Below the pieces are notes generated by a model that was not told where the DNA came from, did not search any database, and was given only the letters and a program-made list of their open reading frames with translations. A DNA stretch of 64,000 nucleotides from Phycisphaerales bacterium. GTDB taxonomy: Bacteria; Planctomycetota; Phycisphaerae; Phycisphaerales; UBA1924. The translations under genes were made by a program, and so were the position numbers. The DNA is taken from assembly GCA_965227775.1 (NCBI GenBank), contig OZ245777.1, positions 448,001-512,000 of the forward strand, written 5' to 3'. Every line of letters starts with the position of its first letter. Within the stretch, counting starts at the first letter, position 1. This document shows positions 9,882 to 18,291 of this stretch, piece by piece.

Positions 9882-10309
9882 GCACTCTGGCTCCCGGATA
9901 GAGGCTCCCGGAACGAACATTCCCGGCAACGAGGCGGCCCCAAAGAACTCGCCCGCGGTCGATCACGCGAGCGGGGCAGGCCACACGAGGGCTTGCTCCA
10001 GCCGCCCGCCTAGGCCATCGACCGCCCATTCTCACGCCCCGGGGCGTCGCTTTCAACACGCCCGGGCCGAGATTCGCTCGCCCTCGCTCACCCCTCCCGA
10101 GGCGCGCCCGAGATCCGGGCGACCAGGATCGAACTCCTGGAGTGACCCGCGGACGCATTCGGCAGCTACGCCTGCACGAACCCGGGGTTCGCCCTCGAGT
10201 CAGAAGAATTTCGTGCACCAACCGACCCCAAGGGCCACCCGAGGCGAATCATTGCATCCCTCGACGGCCCGGCGATCCGCTCGCGAGGCCGTGCACCACC
10301 GGGAGGCAC

Positions 10310-11665
10310 ATGCTCAGCCAGCTCTTCACCATCGCCCGCAACACCTTTGTCGAAAGCGTGCGCCAGCCGATCCTGCTGCTGCTGGTCCTCATCAGCGGCA
10401 TCGCGCAGGTCTTCAACACCTGGTCGGCCAACTTCAGCATGGGCCGCAGCAGCTCGGCCGAGGTTTACGGCGACAATAAACTCCTGCTGGACGTAGGTTT
10501 AGCCACGATCTTCGGCGCCGGCGTGCTTATGGCCGCCTTCCTTGCAACCGCTGTCATCTCCAGTGAGATCGACCGAAAGACCATGCTCACGGTGGTCAGC
10601 AAGCCAATCTCCAGGGCCTGGGTCGTGGTGGGCAAGTACCTGGGCGTGGGCGCCGCAATCTCCGGCGCCGTCGTCATCATGCTGACGTTCCTACTCCTGG
10701 CCATCCGCCACGGCGTGATGTCCACCGCGGCCGACACCCTGGACATGCCCGTCATCCTCTTTGGTCTTGGCGCGGTCATCGGCTCGCTGCTTCTCGCCGC
10801 CGCGGGCAACTTCATGTACGGGTGGTCCTTCAACCAGACCGCCACGCTCGCCATGCTGCCGCTGGTGCTGCTGGCGTACCTAGGTGTCCTGCTGATTTCC
10901 GCGGATTGGGAAGTCCAGCCCATCACAACGGACCTGCCCGTCAAGATCATCATCGCCAGTTCGGCCATGGTGCTGGCTATCCTGGTGCTCACGGCGGTCG
11001 CGACCGCTGCCAGCACGCGCCTTGGCCAGGTGATGACCATCGTCGTGTGCGCGGGCGTGTTCGTGGGCGGGTTGCTCTCGAACTACTTCCTGGGCCGCCA
11101 GGCCTTTTCCAACGAGATCGTCGCGGTGGTCGACTTCGCCCAGCCGCCCGAGACCGGCGAGAACAACCCATCTGCCCGTGGCGCATTCATGGAGGTCACC
11201 CTCAAAGAAGCGCCCCGTGTCGAGATCGCCCAGGGAGCCTCGTTCTACTACGGACCAAACCCCAACGGAGTCGCTCTGGTCACCGGCAACTTCACCCCCT
11301 TCGTGGGGGACCCGACAGATACGCCAGGGCTGTTTGAGGCCGGCACGCCGAGCGGCCTGATTGTGCAGAGCTCGAGTGGCAAGGAGCTTCTGGTCCAGAA
11401 CATCGGGCGGGAGCCGCTCGAGCTCTTCCGCGAGCCCCAACGCGACGATTTCGTGTTCATCACGCCCACCACGGTGGAACCCGTGTCGGCCACCCTCTGG
11501 GCCATCGTGCCCAACATGCACTACTACTGGCTTCTCGACGCCGTCACGCAGAACCGCGACGTGCCCGCCTCGCACTTGTTCAAGATCGTTATTTACGCCG
11601 TACTCCAGATCGCGGCGTTCCTCGCACTGGCGATCGCGCTCTTCCAGCGTCGAGATGTAGGGTAA
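10310..11665 (+). CDS. ABC-2-type transporter permease (second, divergent) with extracytoplasmic insertion
   Basis: GGAGG RBS before ATG 10310; 'IARNTFVESVRQP', 'EIDRKTMLTVVSKPISRAWVVVGKYLG'; C-terminal 'LFQRRDVG'. Confidence 0.88.
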   Translation: MLSQLFTIARNTFVESVRQPILLLLVLISGIAQVFNTWSANFSMGRSSSAEVYGDNKLLLDVGLATIFGAGVLMAAFLATAVISSEIDRKTMLTVVSKPISRAWVVVGKYLGVGAAISGAVVIMLTFLLLAIRHGVMSTAADTLDMPVILFGLGAVIGSLLLAAAGNFMYGWSFNQTATLAMLPLVLLAYLGVLLISADWEVQPITTDLPVKIIIASSAMVLAILVLTAVATAASTRLGQVMTIVVCAGVFVGGLLSNYFLGRQAFSNEIVAVVDFAQPPETGENNPSARGAFMEVTLKEAPRVEIAQGASFYYGPNPNGVALVTGNFTPFVGDPTDTPGLFEAGTPSGLIVQSSSGKELLVQNIGREPLELFREPQRDDFVFITPTTVEPVSATLWAIVPNMHYYWLLDAVTQNRDVPASHLFKIVIYAVLQIAAFLALAIALFQRRDVG

Positions 11666-11812
11666 ACCCCTTAAACCGGCCCGCACGATTTGCGTATCAT
11701 CATCCTGTCAGGGCCCGACTAAACTACTGTGTCGGGCGGCGGTCGTGCCGCCATATCGAAGATCTCCCCCCGGCCCATCTCGCGCCGGCATCGAACGCAT
11801 CGGAGGCCCAGC

Positions 11813-12121
11813 ATGTCATCCTTGCTCGACGGCATCGAAGTCAATGAGTCCAGCGGCTCCTCTAAGTCGGGCGGCGGACCGGACCCGAAGGTCATCAAGA
11901 TCTCCATCGCCGCGGTGCTGTTCCTGCTGGCCGGCACGCTGATCGCAATGCAGTTCGGCATCATCCCGGCGCCCTGGGGTGGCGAGACCGTGAAGAACAG
12001 CTCGGGCGAGAAGGTCGAGTACACGCCGCCCCCGAAGGAAGAGATCGAGCGCATCGAGGAACAGCTCAAGCAGGAAGAGGCCGAGTTCATCCGCCGCGGC
12101 GGAACCGTCGGCGGCTCCTGA
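11813..12121 (+). CDS. Small single-pass membrane protein (paralog 1)
   Basis: GGAGG RBS; MSSLLDGIE...one TM...PKEEIERIEEQLKQEEAEFIRRGG; clearly similar to the next ORF. Confidence 0.8.
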   Translation: MSSLLDGIEVNESSGSSKSGGGPDPKVIKISIAAVLFLLAGTLIAMQFGIIPAPWGGETVKNSSGEKVEYTPPPKEEIERIEEQLKQEEAEFIRRGGTVGGS

Positions 12122-12189
12122 TTCGAGTCCACCACGCGACCGTCTTGAACACGCACGGTGCGCCGGTGCGCGCACCGAGGAGGTGACGC

Positions 12190-12483
12190 ATGGCTTCTCT
12201 GCTCGATGGCATCGAGTTCAACGACGACAACACGAGCACCAAGCGATCCGGCCCGAGCGCCGCGGCCCTCAAGGTCTCGGCTGCAGTCGCGATGCTGCTG
12301 CTCGCGGGCACGTTCTTCGGCATGCAGGCCGGCGTGATCCCGTGGCCCTTCGGCTCGAGTAACCCGCAGGTTGCCCAGCGCGGCGAACGGCCAAGCCAAG
12401 ATGAGATCGAGCGAATCGAGCGAGACCTGCTCCAGCAGCAGCAGGACTTCATCGACGACGGCGGCCAGATCGGCCAGTCCTGA
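12190..12483 (+). CDS. Small single-pass membrane protein (paralog 2)
   Basis: AGGAGG RBS; MASLLDGIE...one TM...PSQDEIERIERDLLQQQQDFIDDGG. Confidence 0.8.
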   Translation: MASLLDGIEFNDDNTSTKRSGPSAAALKVSAAVAMLLLAGTFFGMQAGVIPWPFGSSNPQVAQRGERPSQDEIERIERDLLQQQQDFIDDGGQIGQS

Positions 12484-12526
12484 GCGGCTCGCCCTGATCA
12501 GTGTGTCCCGAACCGAGCAGCGCCGA

Positions 12527-13027
12527 TTAGCCTTCGGCGTTGTTTTCGTCCATATCACCAAGCTGGCGGAAGCAGGCCTCGTAGCCCAGGAGCAGGTGGG
12601 CTGCAGCCTTCACGCTGTCGTCCGATCCCAATGCGTCAGCGGGTACGTCGAGCGGAGAGCGGAACGTGAAGAGCATGTCGTCCGAGCGGAAGTGCTCGAA
12701 TGTCGGTCGCGGGCCCTCGTAGCCCAGGTCGATCATCTCTTCCTCGATCAACTCATCGAGTTTGTCGCCCGTGTGCACGAGATCGGCCTCGATCGACTCG
12801 CTCTGCCAGCGGTCGGCCATCTCGAGTGCGATCCACACGCGACCGCCATCCCAACGCACGCGGTAGTACGCCTCCTCGGCAGACCCATCGGCCAGGCAGT
12901 CGAGCCTGTTGTTGATGATCTGGCACGAGGCGAAGACGCCCGCCTGCTCCGCGCGAGCACGGAGGTTGTCCAGGAGCGTGGCAAAGGCGGGCGGGGCGGC
13001 GTTGGACGTCGATCCGGACTGAGGCAT
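12527..13027 (-). CDS. Hypothetical cytoplasmic protein
   Basis: 166 aa, GGAGG RBS, protein-like composition; no motif recognised. Confidence 0.75.
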   Translation of the reverse strand: MPQSGSTSNAAPPAFATLLDNLRARAEQAGVFASCQIINNRLDCLADGSAEEAYYRVRWDGGRVWIALEMADRWQSESIEADLVHTGDKLDELIEEEMIDLGYEGPRPTFEHFRSDDMLFTFRSPLDVPADALGSDDSVKAAAHLLLGYEACFRQLGDMDENNAEG

Positions 13028-13145
13028 GGACCCTCCGAGCGAGGCGTGCGGGTGCGTAGACGCGTGCGAGCGTCATCGTACGCTCGACAGCGGGCGGCTT
13101 GCCCGCTATCCTCACCCCGCGCCGGGTTTCCCGGCCTCGCCCCAC

Positions 13146-13229
13146 GCCCAGGTGGCGGAACTGGCAGACGCGCTACCTTGAGGTGGTAGTCCTGGAAACA
13201 GGGTGGAGGTTCGAGTCCTCTCCTGGGCA
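13146..13229 (+). tRNA. tRNA-Leu (GAG)
   Basis: GCCCAGG/CCTGGGC acceptor stem, D-loop GGAACTGGCAGAC, anticodon stem CTACC/GGTAG with loop TTGAGGT, long variable arm, GGTTCGAGTCC T-loop. CCA not encoded. Confidence 0.95.
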
Positions 13230-13367
13230 TTCCTTCCCGCTCCGCGGCCCGTCCGATAGCCGCCCTACTTCTCACAACCGGCACGACCGATTCAAATGAA
13301 TTCGGGCCCTGAGCAGGCCGATGCATGGATATCGGTCCGCATCGCCGGCCGAGGGAGGGCTCCATCC

Positions 13368-14228
13368 ATGCCGCAGACACCTGCCAACGCCAACGCCCAG
13401 GCCACGATCACCGGCGAAGCGTTCGAACGCCTGGCCGAGGTCGTGTCGGAGCGCTCGGGCCTCGCGCTCGCAGCCGAGCGCCGTTCCGAGCTTGCGCCGT
13501 GGCTGCTGGAGCGCTTCGAGCAGGTTGGTCTCGAGAACTTCGACCAATACCTAACGCTGCTGACCACCGGTCCACTGCGCAACCAGGAGTTCCAGACCCT
13601 GCTCGCAGCGATGAGCCCTAGCAACGATCGGTTCTTCGGCCACGATCAGCAAATCAGCGCGTTCGAGGCCTCGCTCTTGCCACGGCTGCTCGAGGCGCGG
13701 CAGGAGTCGCGCCGCCTGAGGATCTTCTGCCCCGCGTGCGGCACGGGTCGAGACGCCTACACGCTGGCGATGATCATCCACCGCACGCTGGGCGTTCGCA
13801 TCATGGACTGGTGCATCGAGATCTACGGCTGCGACCTCAACGCCGCCGGCATCGATGTCGCCTCACGAGGCGTGTACGACACCGATAGCGTGCAGACCGT
13901 GCCCGAAGTCATGCGGCTGCGCTACTTCGTGCAACACCAGGATCGCTTCGCCGTCAACGACGAAATCACGCAGATGACGGGCTTCGAGGCCATCGACTTG
14001 CGTGATCAGGCGGGCATCCGCCGGCACGGCACGTGGGACGCCATCGTCTGCCGCGATACGCTGGGCGACTTCGAAGAAGATGCGCGCACGGGCGTGCTCG
14101 AGATGTTCCACGGCCTGCTCAACGACGACGGCGTGCTGCTGGTCGGCGAGTCGGAGATCCTGCCGCTCGAGCCGGCAGCCTTCACGCCGCTGCCCGAACG
14201 TCCGATTGCCGGCTATCGCAAGGCCTGA
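13368..14228 (+). CDS. CheR-family methyltransferase-like protein (divergent, orphan)
   Basis: N-terminal 'VSERSGLAL', then 'RLRIFCPACGTGRDAYTLAM', 'IEIYGCDLN', 'WDAIVCRDTL', 'GVLLVGESE' follow CheR layout with substitutions. Confidence 0.8.
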   Translation: MPQTPANANAQATITGEAFERLAEVVSERSGLALAAERRSELAPWLLERFEQVGLENFDQYLTLLTTGPLRNQEFQTLLAAMSPSNDRFFGHDQQISAFEASLLPRLLEARQESRRLRIFCPACGTGRDAYTLAMIIHRTLGVRIMDWCIEIYGCDLNAAGIDVASRGVYDTDSVQTVPEVMRLRYFVQHQDRFAVNDEITQMTGFEAIDLRDQAGIRRHGTWDAIVCRDTLGDFEEDARTGVLEMFHGLLNDDGVLLVGESEILPLEPAAFTPLPERPIAGYRKA

Positions 14229-14356
14229 GCGCGCACTCTCGGTGTGTCCTCCCACAAAGGAGCACGCCCGTCCCACGTCTGGGCCGGGCGTGCGGAGGAC
14301 ACAAGGCGCCGGTCCGCCTTTCGGCGAAGGGCACGTCTCTTTCAGAGAACGGGGGC

Positions 14357-14632
14357 TTACTCGCCGGACTCTTCGCCGGCCGAGCGGGCGAGCATGTCGC
14401 GCAGGTAGCGGTTCTCGCGGCGGGTGGCTTCGAGATCGAACACGAGGTACTTCACGCTGAGTCGCAGGTAGTCGAGGGACTCCTGCATCTCGCCGATGGC
14501 CTTCTTCACCCTGTCGTGGCGGGTCTTGGTCTCGTCGGCGAGCTTGCGGAGGCGATCGCGCTCGCCCTCGGGCATGTCGTTGATCTTCGTGAGAAGCTCG
14601 CCCAGGCGGGCGTGGAAGTCGCGATCGTTCAT
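14357..14632 (-). CDS. Small coiled-coil protein with 'SLDYLRLSVKYLVFDLEATRREN' motif (putative regulator, as I recall from planctomycetes)
   Basis: GGAGG RBS before ATG 14632; 91 aa with a zipper-like C-terminus. Confidence 0.75.
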   Translation of the reverse strand: MNDRDFHARLGELLTKINDMPEGERDRLRKLADETKTRHDRVKKAIGEMQESLDYLRLSVKYLVFDLEATRRENRYLRDMLARSAGEESGE

Positions 14633-14861
14633 GGTGTCCTCCGTCGATCGAGTCTCAGGTTGTGGTCCGCCCCCGCGGCCTGTGCCAAGACCTGATACAA
14701 CCGCCGCGCCGGCGTGCCAGAGCCGGGCCCCGGTTGGGGCACAAAGTGCGCCCCGTCCTATAAAAACCGCCCTCGCGGCTCGCCAGGGCGGTTCTCGGTC
14801 CGTCTGTCCTAAAAGGGCAAGCTGGGCGCTCCCGCCCGCTCGTGGGGGCCGTGGTGCGGCG

Positions 14862-15428
14862 TCAACGCCGGACGTTGCGTCCGCGCAACACGTCCTGCGC
14901 GTCGTTGGGCATCGACAACGCGATCCGACGGAACTCGGCCTCGTTCTCACGCTTCATCTGGCGGCCCAGCTCGCGGAGGTGCTCCTCGAGGCCGCGGCGG
15001 AATCGGGCGAAGCTGTCCTCGATCTCGTGGCGGGGAAGCTCCGATAACGGATCGACAAGCCCCGTCTGCATCGCGGCCCAGTCGACGAGCGAGCCGCCGC
15101 GGCCGTTGAAGCGGAAGAGGGCGCCGGTCTCCTGAAAACGGTCTTCCAGCGGCCGGAGCGCGTCGCGGACCGACTCGGGCAGCGAGACCATCTTGGCCTG
15201 GAGGGCGGCGGGCTGCAGATTGACAGGGCCGTCGGCGGTCGCGGCCAACGCGGGCGAGTCGATCACCTCGCGGACGCCCGCCCGCGCGAAGCGGATGCGG
15301 ACCTTTCGCGTGGGCTCGCCGTCGACGATCGTCGAGATGATCGACAGGACCTCGCCGTGGCCCCACTCCGGACGGGTCGCCAGGCGGACCCGGTCGCCCT
15401 TCTTCACTTCTGCCACGCTGCTGGACAC
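14862..15428 (-). CDS. DUF3553-like (SH3/Tudor-like N-terminus) protein
   Basis: 'KGDRVRLATRPEWGHGEV' N-terminal motif; GAGGAGG RBS before GTG. Confidence 0.65.
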   Translation of the reverse strand: MSSSVAEVKKGDRVRLATRPEWGHGEVLSIISTIVDGEPTRKVRIRFARAGVREVIDSPALAATADGPVNLQPAALQAKMVSLPESVRDALRPLEDRFQETGALFRFNGRGGSLVDWAAMQTGLVDPLSELPRHEIEDSFARFRRGLEEHLRELGRQMKRENEAEFRRIALSMPNDAQDVLRGRNVRR

Positions 15429-15597
15429 CCCTTACCCTCCTCGCTTTGGGCCGCCCCATTTGGGTCTGGGGGCCGATGGTAGCGGCCCGGAGCGACCGCG
15501 TGCGGGCCTAGTATTCTCATCATCGCCAAGGACACCCAGCACCGCCCGGCGATCCGGGTGCGTGCTGCTCGTGCGTCATCGGGAGCCCACAACTGCC

Positions 15598-15852
15598 ATG
15601 ATCGAAGCCCTCAAGAGCAACGAGATCGCCTCCAAGGTCGGCGGTCGCTTCAAGCTGACCGTGCTCATCCAGCGCCGCCTCGTCGAGCTCCTCGATGGCT
15701 CGCGCCCGCTGGTGGACCGCAACGGCCGCAGCGACCTCGAGGTGGTGATCGAAGAGATCATGCAGGACAAGATCACGCTCGAGTTCGCAGAGCCGCAGGC
15801 CGCCGAGGAACTGCCCCCGGCTCCGACCCGCTCGCAGGAAGCCCTGCTCTAA
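15598..15852 (+). CDS. rpoZ: DNA-directed RNA polymerase omega subunit
   Basis: MIEALKSNEIASKVGGRFKLTVLIQRRLVEL...VIEEIMQDKI; upstream of coaC as in the usual rpoZ-coaBC synteny. Confidence 0.9.
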   Translation: MIEALKSNEIASKVGGRFKLTVLIQRRLVELLDGSRPLVDRNGRSDLEVVIEEIMQDKITLEFAEPQAAEELPPAPTRSQEALL

Positions 15853-15864
15853 CGCCCCTTCGCG

Positions 15865-16443
15865 ATGACCAGCCAACCCACCGCTGACCTGACCGGCCGC
15901 CGCGTGTTCATCGGCGTCACCGGGGGCATCGCCGCGTACAAGACGGCCACGGTCGTCAGCCGGCTGAGCCAGCGCGGGTGCGACGTGCGTGTCGCGATGA
16001 CCGAAGCCGCCACGCGGTTCGTCACGCCGCTTACGTTCGAGGCGCTTTGCGGGCATCCGGTCGTCACCGGTGTTTGGGATCATCACGATCCGGGTGACGT
16101 GCAGCACGTGAACCTCGCCGATCGCTGCGAGGTCGCGCTCGTCGCGCCGTGCACGATGGACTGCCTCGCGCGGCTGGTGCACGGACACGCGAGCGATCCG
16201 GTGACGCTCATCTTGAGCGCGATGGACCGCGCGAAGGTTCAGGTGCTGCTCGCACCTTCGATGAACACCGTCATGCTCGCCCAGCCGAGCACGCAGCGAA
16301 ACCTCCAGCAGCTCCGCGATGATGGGTACCACGTGCTCGACGCCGAGAGTGGCTGGCAGGCGTGCCGCCACGTCGGGCCTGGGCGGATGCCCGAGCCCGA
16401 GACGCTGATCGACGTCGTCGCCGAAGCGCTCGCGCGTCGCTAG
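15865..16443 (+). CDS. coaC: Phosphopantothenoylcysteine decarboxylase (stand-alone CoaC, HFCD flavoprotein)
   Basis: 'GVTGGIAAYK', 'HVNLA', 'APSMNTVM', 'ACRHVGPGRMPEP'; ends at 192 aa with no CoaB domain. Confidence 0.88.
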   Translation: MTSQPTADLTGRRVFIGVTGGIAAYKTATVVSRLSQRGCDVRVAMTEAATRFVTPLTFEALCGHPVVTGVWDHHDPGDVQHVNLADRCEVALVAPCTMDCLARLVHGHASDPVTLILSAMDRAKVQVLLAPSMNTVMLAQPSTQRNLQQLRDDGYHVLDAESGWQACRHVGPGRMPEPETLIDVVAEALARR

Positions 16444-16937
16444 ATGACAATCGGTATCGATGCAAGCCGGCCATCGATTGCTTCCGGCAACAGTCGAGCG
16501 AGGCCCTGCGGGAAGAACGTCTCGTTCGATCGCGCAATGTCATTCATCGACCACCACCGCATGTCGAGGATGGGTTCGTCGGTGTGGTTGCGTAGCGTCG
16601 CCGGCTTACGCACACGCGACACGTAGTAGCGCTCATGAAAGTGCTTCAGCTCGCCCTCATGCATGAGCTGATGATCGCGCGTCCAGATCCATGGCAGCTC
16701 ACCCGTCAACGCGATGCCGGTTTCTTCCTCGACCTCTCGGACGATCGCCGCCTCGAACGACTCGCCCTCCTGCACGCCCCCGCCCGGCGGCACCCAGAAT
16801 GACATCGGGCCCGAGAGCCTGGGATCTGCGGGCACGAGTTCTTCGTACCTCATAAGGAGCACTCGCTCCTGTTCGTTGATGAGGATGATTCGAGCCGCGT
16901 TTCGCACGAGCATGACTCGTGCATTGTTGTCGCGCAT
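16440..16937 (-). CDS. NUDIX hydrolase
   Basis: Nudix box GGGVQEGESFEAAIVREVEEETG. Start at 16937 or 16913. Confidence 0.9.
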   Translation of the reverse strand: MRDNNARVMLVRNAARIILINEQERVLLMRYEELVPADPRLSGPMSFWVPPGGGVQEGESFEAAIVREVEEETGIALTGELPWIWTRDHQLMHEGELKHFHERYYVSRVRKPATLRNHTDEPILDMRWWSMNDIARSNETFFPQGLARLLPEAIDGRLASIPIVI

Positions 16938-16962
16938 CCTGTCGGTACCGATGGATGATCTC

Positions 16963-18291
16963 ATGCCTTCACGCACGAAGAACCCGGCTCTCGCACTCGT
17001 AGCGCTCTCGGGGGTGCGTGTGCGGGAGGAATCGCTGGCTGAGCTTGGCATGAGCCTGCCGGGCCTGGGGCCGCGCGGGTCGGCCATCGCAGCGCTACCG
17101 CCGCTGGGCGTGCTCACGCTCGCGGGGCTGACGCCCGACGACTGGGGCATCTCGCTGCATGAAGCAGCAGCGGTTGATGACGGACTGATCGAACGCATCG
17201 TGCGCGAGCGACCGACGCTGGTGGGCATCTCGGCGCTGACGGCATCGATCCTCGAGGCCTATGCGCTCGCTGACGCCCTGCGTCGCGAAGGGTTGCGCGT
17301 CGTGCTGGGAGGCCTGCACGTCACGACCTGCCCCAACGAAGCGATCGGGCATGCAGACGCCATCGTCGTGGGAGACGGCGAGCCGGTGTGGCCCCAGGTG
17401 CTCAAGGACGCCAGCAAGGGCGTGCTTCGGCCCGTGTACAAGCCCGAGAAACCGTTTGACATGCGCCGTGCACCGCTGCCGAGGTATGACCTGTTGGGAA
17501 GTGCTCGTCGCCAGCGGTTCACGATGCAAGCCTCGCGCGGCTGCCCGTTCGCGTGCGACTTCTGCGCCGCCAGTCGGCTGCTCGGCCCGTTTCGAACGAA
17601 GCCGGCCGATCGGTTGCGCGAAGAGCTGCGGGCCATCACGGCGATCGATCCGAGACCGGCGATCGAACTCGCCGACGACAACACATTCGCGCGCGGCGGG
17701 CCCCACGCCGACCTGCTCGACGCGCTCGGCGAGAGCGACGCCCGATGGTTTTCCGAGGCGGACTGGCGCTTGGGCGAGAACCCGGCCGTGCTCGAGCGGC
17801 TCGCCCAATCCGGATGCGTGCAGGTGCTGGTCGGGCTGGAATCACTCGTGCACCAGCACGCCGGCATGGGCGCCAAGAAGAGCGAGATGCCCCGCATGCT
17901 CGACGCCGTGCGGGCGATCCAGGCCGCGGGCGTCGCCGTGATCGGTTGCTTCATCGTCGGGAGCGACGGAGAAGACCAGGCCTCGCTCGACCGACTCGTC
18001 GACTTCCTTCAGCACGATCCCTGTGCCGACGCGCAGGTGACCCTGCAGACACCGTTCCCGGGCACCGCCCTGCGGCGCCGCCTCGAGCGTGAGGGTCGGC
18101 TGCTGCCAGATTGTGATTGGTCTCACTGCACGCTCTTCGACGTGACGTATCAGCCCGACCGGATGACGCCCGAGGCCTTGCAATCCGGCTATGCCCGCGT
18201 ACTGGCGAGCGCGTTCGATGAACGCGCGCACCGTCGTCGCGGCGCGATCCGACGTGAAACCTGGCGACACAACCCGAGGATGCGACCATGA
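16963..18291 (+). CDS. Cobalamin-binding radical SAM protein
   Basis: 'PPLGVLTLAG', 'VVLGGLHVT', 'GDGE' (B12-binding domain); 'SRGCPFACDFC' (CxxxCxxC); 'TPFPGT'. Start at 16951 or 16963. Confidence 0.9.
   Translation: MPSRTKNPALALVALSGVRVREESLAELGMSLPGLGPRGSAIAALPPLGVLTLAGLTPDDWGISLHEAAAVDDGLIERIVRERPTLVGISALTASILEAYALADALRREGLRVVLGGLHVTTCPNEAIGHADAIVVGDGEPVWPQVLKDASKGVLRPVYKPEKPFDMRRAPLPRYDLLGSARRQRFTMQASRGCPFACDFCAASRLLGPFRTKPADRLREELRAITAIDPRPAIELADDNTFARGGPHADLLDALGESDARWFSEADWRLGENPAVLERLAQSGCVQVLVGLESLVHQHAGMGAKKSEMPRMLDAVRAIQAAGVAVIGCFIVGSDGEDQASLDRLVDFLQHDPCADAQVTLQTPFPGTALRRRLEREGRLLPDCDWSHCTLFDVTYQPDRMTPEALQSGYARVLASAFDERAHRRRGAIRRETWRHNPRMRP

Noticed and set aside
13230..14228. 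Possible integration at tRNA-Leu
   Set aside because: No att repeat or mobility gene seen.
14670..14725. TGGCAC motifs suggesting a sigma54 promoter for the small coiled-coil gene
   Set aside because: Neither TGGCAC copy has GC at the required -12 spacing.
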